Source: Candidatus Parvarchaeota archaeon | Lineage (GTDB): Archaea; Nanobdellota; Nanobdellia; Parvarchaeales; Parvarchaeaceae | Direction: 5' to 3' | DNA: 36,616 nucleotides | NCBI GenBank assembly: GCA_027366075.1 | Contig: DAHXLI010000028.1 | Location: forward strand, 1 to 36,616 | Shown here: one piece after another, positions 23,622 through 30,773 of the stretch | Layout of the letters: the number at the start of each line of letters is the position of its first letter | How positions within the stretch are numbered: the stretch's first letter is position 1 | Program-made: the position numbers and the translations under genes | The notes under the pieces: model-generated | What the model was told of the DNA's origin: nothing | Database searches by the model: none | What the model saw: only the letters and a program-made list of their open reading frames with translations

Positions 23622-24568
23622 ACGATTTTAGCCGGCCCGGTCTTTGGGGCTTCTTCCTCCTCGTAGCCTATCCCCGAAAGCTGGACGGAGCCGTTGAGTA
23701 TCCATACGGTGAAGTCGTCGAATATGACTCCGAATATCAGTATTATCGCTATATTCTGGATAGTCGTGTTGGTGGTGCCGAAGAAAAGCACTATGAAGGT
23801 TATCAACGCGGCGGCGTCCATAGTAAGCGAAGTCTTTATGGTGTGGATAAGCCTGTATTTCATGCTGGCTTCACTCCTTTTTAAAATGTTCGTAGCCAGG
23901 ATTATATTCCTGTCAGCGGAGTAACCCATTATCATCAGTATGCCGGCTATCGAAGCCAGGGAGAAGCTTATACCGAGGATATCGAGCACGCCTACGACGT
24001 TTATTATGTCACTGACTATGCTGATGACGTTTGAAAAGGCCTGCGAAGGGTTCCTGAAATAGAAAAGCGATACTACGGCGACGAGGACGAAGGCTACCCC
24101 CAAAAGCATAAGCGAATCGTACAATGAGCCCTGGGCCAGTTGTGAGCTAACGTAGTCTACGTTCGAGTTTGCGGCCGTCATCTTTATTCCGAAGGCGGTG
24201 GCCACGGCGTTCGTTAGGGCGGTAGCGTTGACCTTTATCCCGGCCGTCATTGAATATCCCGCTATAGCGTTAGAGAACTGCGAGTGAAGCACGGATATCG
24301 ATACTGGCGTGCCCAGCGCCGAAGAAAGATTGGCTGCGAGAAGATTCGGAGATATGCTGATGTTTGTATTCAGCGTAAGCGATATCCCGCCCGCCAACGA
24401 TATGTCCTCGTTTACGAGTTCACCGTGCACATGGTAATAGTAACCGATAGAAGCGGCGAAAAAGATTATAAAAGCGATAGGTATAAAGACCATTTTTTTA
24501 TAGTTTTTTAGATAATAGCCGACTACCCTGTCCATAGTCCCGTTAAGGGTTTTTCTTATTCCTTGCAT
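23618..24568 (-). CDS. secF: protein-export membrane protein SecF
   Basis: TM1, a periplasmic-type domain (ISLAGGISLTL), then a 5-TM bundle with IMGYSADRNIILATNILK. ATGA overlap with secD. Confidence 0.85.
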   Translation of the reverse strand: MQGIRKTLNGTMDRVVGYYLKNYKKMVFIPIAFIIFFAASIGYYYHVHGELVNEDISLAGGISLTLNTNISISPNLLAANLSSALGTPVSISVLHSQFSNAIAGYSMTAGIKVNATALTNAVATAFGIKMTAANSNVDYVSSQLAQGSLYDSLMLLGVAFVLVAVVSLFYFRNPSQAFSNVISIVSDIINVVGVLDILGISFSLASIAGILMIMGYSADRNIILATNILKRSEASMKYRLIHTIKTSLTMDAAALITFIVLFFGTTNTTIQNIAIILIFGVIFDDFTVWILNGSVQLSGIGYEEEEAPKTGPAKIV

Positions 24569-24632
24569 AAACGTCTATAAATCCGATGTTTTTCTGATAT
24601 TAAAAAGTTTTAAAGGCTCGGTATAAACCGCC

Positions 24633-25427
24633 TTAAATCTGCGCCAGAGTGCTTACATTATAAAGTTTTTCGAGCTCCGGCAAGCCGAGGCTCCTTATTT
24701 TTCTGTATGCGGCGGTCACTATGGATTTCAACGGCTCCTTGTAATCGTTTCTTATGCTGTACCCCGGGGTAAGGCTGTCGAGCATCATCGAGTTCATTTC
24801 CTGCGGGCAGTATTCATACACGTTTCCCCTTAGGACGTACATGTTGTGGGCTTTTACTTCGCTGCTTTTGGAAATGCCATTGAATCTCCTTTTGAATTCG
24901 TCTGTAAGGTACCGCGTAACGCCGTCATCGAGGCCGCTTGCGTTCATCGCCAGGGAGAACCTCACCTCATCGACATCGTTTAATATCGGGTTTAGCTGCT
25001 TGTTGCGGTATATTTCCTCTACCTTCTTAGTCTTCATCGAGATACTTTCCAAACGCTCCCAGAATTCTACCATGTTTATAGTCTCGACTTCTATCAACTC
25101 ACAGACCCTCTTATTCCCTTCTCTGTAGACGACTGCGACGTCTACCGGCCAGTTTGAGATCCTTTGGCTGCTGGTGCGCCGCCTTTCCAATTTCTTCATG
25201 GCTTTCTTGTTTAGTCTCTTCTTGCCGCTCAGCTTGTATAGCGTCTGCGGGCCGACATATTTTAACGGGAGCTCCATTTCCACGCATTCTACTTCTTTGG
25301 TCTTTTCTATGTAAGTGAAAACGGACAGCTGCATAAGCTTGTGTTTTAATGCCGCGCCGCCGTTCGAGCTGACTAAGTCATCTGAAAGCAGTTCTTCAAG
25401 GTTCGCTTCTTTGCAGCTAGGGGACAT
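24633..25427 (-). CDS. hypothetical protein (possible degenerate PD-(D/E)xK-like core)
   Basis: 264-aa ORF. WPVDVAVVYREGNKRVCELIEVET resembles a D..(E/D)-x-K nuclease core, but with E in place of K. Confidence 0.5.
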   Translation of the reverse strand: MSPSCKEANLEELLSDDLVSSNGGAALKHKLMQLSVFTYIEKTKEVECVEMELPLKYVGPQTLYKLSGKKRLNKKAMKKLERRRTSSQRISNWPVDVAVVYREGNKRVCELIEVETINMVEFWERLESISMKTKKVEEIYRNKQLNPILNDVDEVRFSLAMNASGLDDGVTRYLTDEFKRRFNGISKSSEVKAHNMYVLRGNVYEYCPQEMNSMMLDSLTPGYSIRNDYKEPLKSIVTAAYRKIRSLGLPELEKLYNVSTLAQI

Positions 25428-25491
25428 AAACGATCTACCAACAATACTAAATTATGTTTCATATTAATACTATGCTTTTTTAGAATATTCT

Positions 25492-26163
25492 ATGCGTGGG
25501 CAATTCTCCATAGAATTCGTGATAGACGTAAGCTTTGTGCTCATAATCGTGGCATTCCTTATAGTCTTCTTCGCGTCTTTCATAAACACAAATTCGGCCG
25601 CCGTAAGCATGAATAACATATGCGATCAGATATCGCAGGGCATAAACGGCGTCTCGTCTTCCGGCGGGCTTTCTTCGATACAATACGTTTCCCTGACCAA
25701 CGGCACCGCGCGGCAGACCTACAATGTAACGGTATCAGACGGGATAGTAATAATATACCTGCTAAATTCAAATGGCAGATCGTCCGCTTTGATAGCCAAT
25801 ACGAATGTGGTATCGTGCGGCGCGGATACGAGAGCGACTGCAAACGAGACTTTCGGGTTTTCCAACCTCGCGATATACGAGAATTCAAGCAACATAGAAC
25901 TTGCGTATCTATACGGAAATTACTCGGGAAACAGCGCCTATCCTTTGAGCATACGCGGAGGCGGGTTTTCCGGCAACGCAAGCCTTTATCTTGTGTACTC
26001 GAACGGCACCTCGTCCCTGCTTAATGGCACCGAGCCGGGCAAAGGTTTCAGTTATGACAGCATAGCCCTGATACAGACGCTGCCTGCCGGGAGCTATCAG
26101 TTCTACGCGGAAGAAGGACTAGACGGCTCCATACACGTATCCTTGCCGTTTTCTAAAACGTGA
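25492..26163 (+). CDS. class III signal peptide (pilin-like) protein
   Basis: MRG-QFSIEFVIDVSFVLIIVAFLIVFFASFI shows R-G, Q at +1 and E at +5. The body is sequon-rich and has 2 Cys. Confidence 0.75.
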   Translation: MRGQFSIEFVIDVSFVLIIVAFLIVFFASFINTNSAAVSMNNICDQISQGINGVSSSGGLSSIQYVSLTNGTARQTYNVTVSDGIVIIYLLNSNGRSSALIANTNVVSCGADTRATANETFGFSNLAIYENSSNIELAYLYGNYSGNSAYPLSIRGGGFSGNASLYLVYSNGTSSLLNGTEPGKGFSYDSIALIQTLPAGSYQFYAEEGLDGSIHVSLPFSKT

Positions 26164-26206
26164 AGTTTACCCGCTGATTGCAACAGCCCGTTTTTAAAAC
26201 ATAGTC

Positions 26207-26216
26207 TTTAAATATA
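26207..26216 (+). promoter_or_regulatory. TATA box for the pilin gene at 26237
   Basis: tttaaatata is centred about 26 nt upstream of ATG 26237 (leaderless-type spacing). Confidence 0.4.
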
Positions 26217-26236
26217 CTGAAAATAATAACATATCT

Positions 26237-26698
26237 ATGAAAACAAAAGCACAGTCAGCTTTAGAATACATGATGACCTATGGCTGGGCCATATTAATCA
26301 TCGTAATCGTAGCTGCTGTCCTGTATTCGTTGGGTATTTTTAGCCCGTCGAGTAGCGTAGGCACGACTGCAACTGGTTTTTCGCCGTTCACGGTCTTAGC
26401 ACAGACCTGTACACCGCATTACCTTGCATTCCAGTTAGGCAACAACGCGGGGGTTACCGTGACTCTCAAAAATGTGTTTTTAACAACATCTAGTGGGATA
26501 ACGGCATCTACTGCTATACTTGCCGACACCAGTTCCGTTGTAACGGGCGGATCTACAACTGTAAACTTTAGCAGTGGTGAAGCTTGTGTATCGGGCGCGC
26601 GCTATAGTGCAAGTATAACCGTAGCGTACACAGAAAGCAACAATTTGGGTTTGCAGACGCTTAATGCGAGTGGAACACTATCAGGATCAGCAAGCTAA
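26237..26698 (+). CDS. archaeal type IV pilin (class III signal peptide, DUF361-like); candidate major pilin
   Basis: MKTKA-QSALEYMMTYGWAILIIVIVAAVLYSLGIF. The body is short and Thr/Ser/Gly/Ala-rich with 2 Cys. It has its own TATA element and a downstream hairpin plus T-tract. Confidence 0.8.
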   Translation: MKTKAQSALEYMMTYGWAILIIVIVAAVLYSLGIFSPSSSVGTTATGFSPFTVLAQTCTPHYLAFQLGNNAGVTVTLKNVFLTTSSGITASTAILADTSSVVTGGSTTVNFSSGEACVSGARYSASITVAYTESNNLGLQTLNASGTLSGSAS

Positions 26699-26715
26699 AT
26701 AAAATTTGATTTTTT

Positions 26716-26745
26716 AGCCTTCGTTTTGAAGGCGCTTTCTTTTTA
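26716..26745 (+). terminator. hairpin plus T-rich tract downstream of the pilin gene
   Basis: Stem agccttc / gaaggc(g) with loop gtttt (26716-26733), followed by ctttcttttt. Confidence 0.35.
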
Positions 26746-26780
26746 AGTATTATTTATACTTTGATCTGGCTGATCAATAA

Positions 26781-26984
26781 ATGCCCGAGTTAAATCTAAA
26801 GTGCCCCAAATGCGGTTCAAGTTTCTCCTATAAATTCATCCCTTGGATGAATAAATTAGGCAGCCACATAACGACAAAGGACGGGAAGAAACTGCTGCCA
26901 GACGTACAGTTTTTAGGCAGGAAAAGACTTTTAAGGTGCCCAGTCTGCAGGAAGACTTCCCTTTACGATGTGCATTCAGTTTAA
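26781..26984 (+). CDS. 67-aa zinc-ribbon protein, hypothetical
   Basis: CPKCGS...x43...CPVCRK. Confidence 0.45.
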   Translation: MPELNLKCPKCGSSFSYKFIPWMNKLGSHITTKDGKKLLPDVQFLGRKRLLRCPVCRKTSLYDVHSV

Positions 26985-27001
26985 AGGAAAACCCCATTCT
27001 G

Positions 27002-27823
27002 TTAGAAATAAGAACGTGAACTAGACTGTACGACTTCTCCCGCCAAAGGCGAAACGGCTCCGAATGGGTTAGTCCTCTTCATATGATAAGCGGGAGCCTT
27101 CACGGCCCGCCTCTCGTCGAAAGTCCATCCGTATCCTTTCTTAAGCGAGCCTCCCGCGGGCATCTCGTCATAGACGGTCGACCTATCCACAAGAAACCTC
27201 TTTGCCGTATCAGAAAGCGCATCATCGATACTCAAAGAATGGGGCAAAGCGCCTTACCTTTTCGTTCGGGCCCCTGCACTTCTTCGCCTTTTTGTCCAGT
27301 GAGCCTTCGTCTTCTAACATTTGGAAAGCCCTCTCGCCCAGCCTCTCTCCACTCGCTTATGCAATTATTAAGAACGTTACTTCACGAAATACTTTTTGAT
27401 TCCCTATTTTGGTGTCGGTTTACTTCTGTGGAGAGCTATAATTCTACGGTAAACAACGGCTTTAAGCTAAGTGAAGTTTCTGCCGATAAAGCGTATTCGT
27501 CTAGGAAAAATCTTGAGATTGTAAATAATTTCGGCGGAACGGCTTGCGTTCCTTTTAAAAGTAATTCTACTAGAGATAGTCGAGGCTCTTACTTATAGTA
27601 CAAAATGTACCATTATTTCCAAATGAACAAAGGGGAGTTTATGGAGCATTACCATCTTAGGTCTAATGTCGAAAGCGCATCCAGAGCGATAAAGAATAGG
27701 ATGGTAGAGGCTCTGAAAAGCAGGACTAAGGCGGCACAGGCCAACGAGTTATTGCTAAAGCTGATCTGTTATAATATTACGATTTTGATACAGCAGACGA
27801 ATGAATTAGGAATTAGATTTTAA
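27002..27823. mobile_element. degraded IS remnant (IS4/IS5-type DDE transposase fragments)
   Basis: The plus strand carries the C-terminal third of a DDE transposase. The minus strand (27002-27400) carries broken, frame-shifted pieces that may derive from an N-terminal region. I identified no intact transposase and no terminal inverted repeats. Confidence 0.6.
27449..27823 (+). pseudogene. DDE transposase C-terminal fragment with an in-frame TAG
   Basis: ..SADKAYSSRKNLEIV..VPFKSNS..GSYL*YKMYHYF..HYHLRSNVESASRAIKNRM..NELLLKLICYNI carries the Y-x2-R-x3-E-x6-K signature. The two track ORFs (27083..27598 and 27605..27823) are in the same frame and are separated by TAG 27596-27598. Confidence 0.7.
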
Positions 27824-27824
27824 T

Positions 27825-28550
27825 TTATGGAATTATTGGCGTTATTATATAGTCTGTATAGAGAATGTTATTATTTTGAGGTACGCATCTCTGATGTATT
27901 TGCATATTTTTATTATTGAAATAGGAGATAATTACTTTCTCTAAGTTTTCAGCCGTGTCTGTTAATACGTTAACAACAGTATTTGGAGGAAGTCCTACTG
28001 ATAAAATCTTTTGATGTTGAACATAGCCCTGCAGTATTCCGCTTGCCAGATGTGCAGAAAAGTTTCCGTGATGCCTTATGTTTTTATTTATGTAATCCAG
28101 TTCATGTTTTGTAAGAAGACCTAACTGTAAAACTTTATTACTCATATAATCCCATCTCCATAACCAGTTGTTTATTTCTGACTTAGATAAGGTTATGTTA
28201 TTAGATATAAAAATATTATTTATTAAATCCCACCACTGTTGCGTTTTACCTTCGCTTATCTTATGAGAATCGAACGAATTAAGACTAGAAAATTGACTAT
28301 TGCATGCATTACAAGATATTGAAATAACATCGCTTATTCTTCTTGATACCAAGGCAACATAAATTGCGGAATCAATTGCATTTCTACACATTACTAAAGA
28401 CGAAAATAATTGATTATTATCTAAATCATTTGCAGATTCTCTAAATGCTGTTATTGATGCATTAAAAAGAGAATAGAATGGTAGGGTTCCCAACTTACTC
28501 TGTAAAGAACTAATAGTCCTTGCGGATATACTAGATCCTGGTGCTTGCAT
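27825..28550 (-). CDS. DUF4145 / HEPN-related domain protein with an internal C-x2-C..H insert
   Basis: SSLVMCRNAIDSAIYVAL and ELDYINKNIRHHGNFSAHL fit the two conserved helices of DUF4145 (..cR.alE.. and ..iR..GN.aaH). The insert reads CNACNSQFSSLNSFDSHK. GC is about 28-32% on hand-counted lines. Confidence 0.5.
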   Translation of the reverse strand: MQAPGSSISARTISSLQSKLGTLPFYSLFNASITAFRESANDLDNNQLFSSLVMCRNAIDSAIYVALVSRRISDVISISCNACNSQFSSLNSFDSHKISEGKTQQWWDLINNIFISNNITLSKSEINNWLWRWDYMSNKVLQLGLLTKHELDYINKNIRHHGNFSAHLASGILQGYVQHQKILSVGLPPNTVVNVLTDTAENLEKVIISYFNNKNMQIHQRCVPQNNNILYTDYIITPIIP

Positions 28551-28709
28551 TTTATAATAATCTCGTAGCTAAATATATGTTTATAAAGTCTTTAAAATGT
28601 TTACAAAGTAACCTTATTCATCTACTTAATAAACAAAGCCGTGCGGCACGACTTTGCTAATAAACTTGATTCTGCTAATAAAATCGGAAAATCGTGGATT
28701 AAATAATTG

Positions 28710-29420
28710 TTAATCGGGATACTGAAGTTTCTTTTTATATTCGTCCATAGTATCGAACTCTTCGTCTTTTACAACGTCGCCATCATTATCTATGTCTATC
28801 TGTTTATAGACGCCCCCAAGCTCCACGAAGAAACGCCAAACGCCCGCTTCCTTTAGAAACTTAAACTCATCCAGTTTCATAAGGTGCTCGTTTGAGACAG
28901 CAAGGTATTTTAACATTATTTTTCTCGCCTTTAGCGAATTGAATTTTGGCCGGTAAATGCCTTTAGTTCCGCTATAATATTTGTTCTGAACCAAAACGAC
29001 CGGCTTTTGTTCGATTGAACGTTCCCTTATAACCCTAAGGAACGCTTCACTCTCTGAATTTTGGCCGTATATGTCAAAGTCCTGGTTGCCGGAGGTGTGC
29101 ACCCTATAACGTTTTATTCTCGTCGTAAAAGCAAGGGCAATAACGATTGCGCCACAAATCGCGACTATTTCACCTTTGTAAAGGAGAAAGTCGATTATGC
29201 CGAGTATAAGGGTAATGACTCCCGCAGCGAATAACGGTTTGAGTAGGGTGCCGTCAAAATTTATAGCAGTTATATGCTGATAGCCGACTTCGCTAAAACC
29301 TCCCTGCCCCAGCCGTATCAGTCTTTTGTTCGTAGCGTAGTAGTTTTTGTAAGATGCCTCTATGTCTTCGTCATCGTCCAGATATTCTTTTAATCTTTTA
29401 GGCAGGCTTCTCTCTTTCAT
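28710..29420 (-). CDS. hypothetical membrane protein (2 central TM helices; N-terminal region with a bacterial-PH-like YYATNKRLIRL motif)
   Basis: 236-aa ORF starting 14 nt downstream of the tRNA-Glu 3' end on the same strand. Confidence 0.55.
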   Translation of the reverse strand: MKERSLPKRLKEYLDDDEDIEASYKNYYATNKRLIRLGQGGFSEVGYQHITAINFDGTLLKPLFAAGVITLILGIIDFLLYKGEIVAICGAIVIALAFTTRIKRYRVHTSGNQDFDIYGQNSESEAFLRVIRERSIEQKPVVLVQNKYYSGTKGIYRPKFNSLKARKIMLKYLAVSNEHLMKLDEFKFLKEAGVWRFFVELGGVYKQIDIDNDGDVVKDEEFDTMDEYKKKLQYPD

Positions 29421-29433
29421 ATTGGCTAAAATT

Positions 29434-29506
29434 TACCCCGACCGGGATTCGAACCCGGGTCGCCGCCTTGAAAGGGCGAAGTCCTTGGCCGCTAGACTAT
29501 CGGGGC
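29434..29506 (-). tRNA. tRNA-Glu (anticodon UUC)
   Basis: I folded the cloverleaf by hand: acceptor GCCCCGA/TCGGGGT (G1-U72 wobble), anticodon stem TCGCC/GGCGG with loop CTTTCAA, T arm CCGGG-TTCGAAT-CCCGG. Confidence 0.85.
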
Positions 29507-29612
29507 ATACAACTCTATACTATTTTGTTTTTATAAAAGCTTGTCAGTAGTTATTGAAATATAAAAGCGTATTATGCCAAATTAAAATACTATGAGATGA
29601 TTTAAACACCAT

Positions 29613-30773
29613 ATGCCGAACATAACCTTCTATTTCGAAGTGCACCAGCCTTTTAGGCTTAAACGGATATTTTCATTTGAAAATGGCGACGACTTTATAG
29701 ACGTGGAAAGAAATAGGGAAATTTTCAATAAAGTAAGCGACAAGTGTTATATGCCTGCGACTAAAGTTCTTAAAGACATAGTAAAAGAATATCCCGAGTT
29801 CAAGATGAGCTTTTCGCTTACCGGGACGTTTTTAGAACAAGCGGAAACGTTTAGACCAGACGTCATGACCGCTTTCCAAGACCTAGTCGATACAGGAAAC
29901 GTGGAACTTCTTAGCGAAACCTATTACCACTCTTTGGCTTTTCTAATACGCAAGGAAGAATTCTTAGCCCAGATAAAGAAACATTCAGAAGCCATAAAAA
30001 AATATTTCCGTAAGAAAGCGGCGGTATTCAGAAACACCGAAGCCATGTATTCAAACGAGATAGCCGACATCGCCGGCAGGCTCGGTTATAAAGGCATAAT
30101 CGCCGAGGGCTGGGAAAAGTCATTGGGGTGGAGATCGTCAAATTATGTTTACTCCCCGCCATCTAATAATATATCGGTCCTATTGCGAAATTACAGGCTT
30201 AGCGACGACATCGCCTTTAGGTTTTCTTCCAGAAACTGGAAAGAATGGCCGTTGACCGCGGAAAAATATGCCGATTGGATATCTCACAACGAAGGCGATA
30301 CGGTAAATCTTTTTATGGATTATGAGACTTTTGGGGAGCACCAGTGGAGCGAAACCGGCATATTTGATTTTCTTAGGCGCCTGCCGGGCGAACTGATAAA
30401 AAACGGCGTAGGATTTAATACCGTCAGTGATACGGCTTCCATAAAGCCAGTCGGAGTATTGGACGTGCCGGGGGTAATGTCGTGGGCCGACTTGGATAGG
30501 GACGTTTCAGCTTGGCTCGGCAATAAGATGCAAAATGCGGCGTTTGAGAAGCTTTCCTCGATGAGAGAGAGGGTCCTATCCACAAATAATGAGGATTTGA
30601 TAAGGAAGTGGAGGATTTTGCAGACCTCGGACAATTTTTATTATATGTGTACTAAATGGTTTGCGGACGGGGACATACACAAATATTTCAATGCCTATAA
30701 TTCGCCCTACACCGCGTATATAAATTATATGAATATATTATCTAATCTTGACAGGAGGCTCACAATTTCTTAA
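29613..30773 (+). CDS. glycoside hydrolase family 57 protein (alpha-amylase / glucan-processing enzyme)
   Basis: FYFEVHQPFRL, FSLTGTFLEQ, TEAMYSNE and LFMDYETFGEHQW are typical GH57 regions. Confidence 0.85.
   Translation: MPNITFYFEVHQPFRLKRIFSFENGDDFIDVERNREIFNKVSDKCYMPATKVLKDIVKEYPEFKMSFSLTGTFLEQAETFRPDVMTAFQDLVDTGNVELLSETYYHSLAFLIRKEEFLAQIKKHSEAIKKYFRKKAAVFRNTEAMYSNEIADIAGRLGYKGIIAEGWEKSLGWRSSNYVYSPPSNNISVLLRNYRLSDDIAFRFSSRNWKEWPLTAEKYADWISHNEGDTVNLFMDYETFGEHQWSETGIFDFLRRLPGELIKNGVGFNTVSDTASIKPVGVLDVPGVMSWADLDRDVSAWLGNKMQNAAFEKLSSMRERVLSTNNEDLIRKWRILQTSDNFYYMCTKWFADGDIHKYFNAYNSPYTAYINYMNILSNLDRRLTIS

Noticed and set aside
25580-26024. Arg-rich ORFs on both strands (25580..25981 minus, 25620..26024 plus, 25480..25683 minus) that overlap the pilin-like gene 25492..26163.
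   Set aside because: The 25492 frame has a textbook class III N-terminus and typical pilin composition. The alternatives are Arg/Cys-rich out-of-frame translations.
27083-27448. The N-terminal 120 aa of the track ORF 27083..27598, considered as real coding sequence.
   Set aside because: The translation (..GPCTSSPFCPVSLRLLTFGKPSRPASLH..) does not look like protein. Transposase-like sequence begins only near 27449. I treated this stretch as IS debris.
27596-27598. The in-frame TAG in the transposase fragment, considered as a recoded (for example pyrrolysine) or read-through codon.
   Set aside because: It is a single occurrence in an otherwise truncated, rearranged IS fragment. There are no pyl genes in the window, and other genes use TAG as an ordinary stop (for example infB at 655-657).
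28630-28665. An imperfect palindrome aaagCcgtgcGgcacgActtt downstream of the 28710 gene, considered as a terminator.
   Set aside because: The stem is short and imperfect with an effectively tiny loop. It is plausible but too weak to list as a feature.
29362-29550. A 62-aa plus-strand ORF.
   Set aside because: It lies directly over tRNA-Glu on the opposite strand, and the tRNA fold is convincing.
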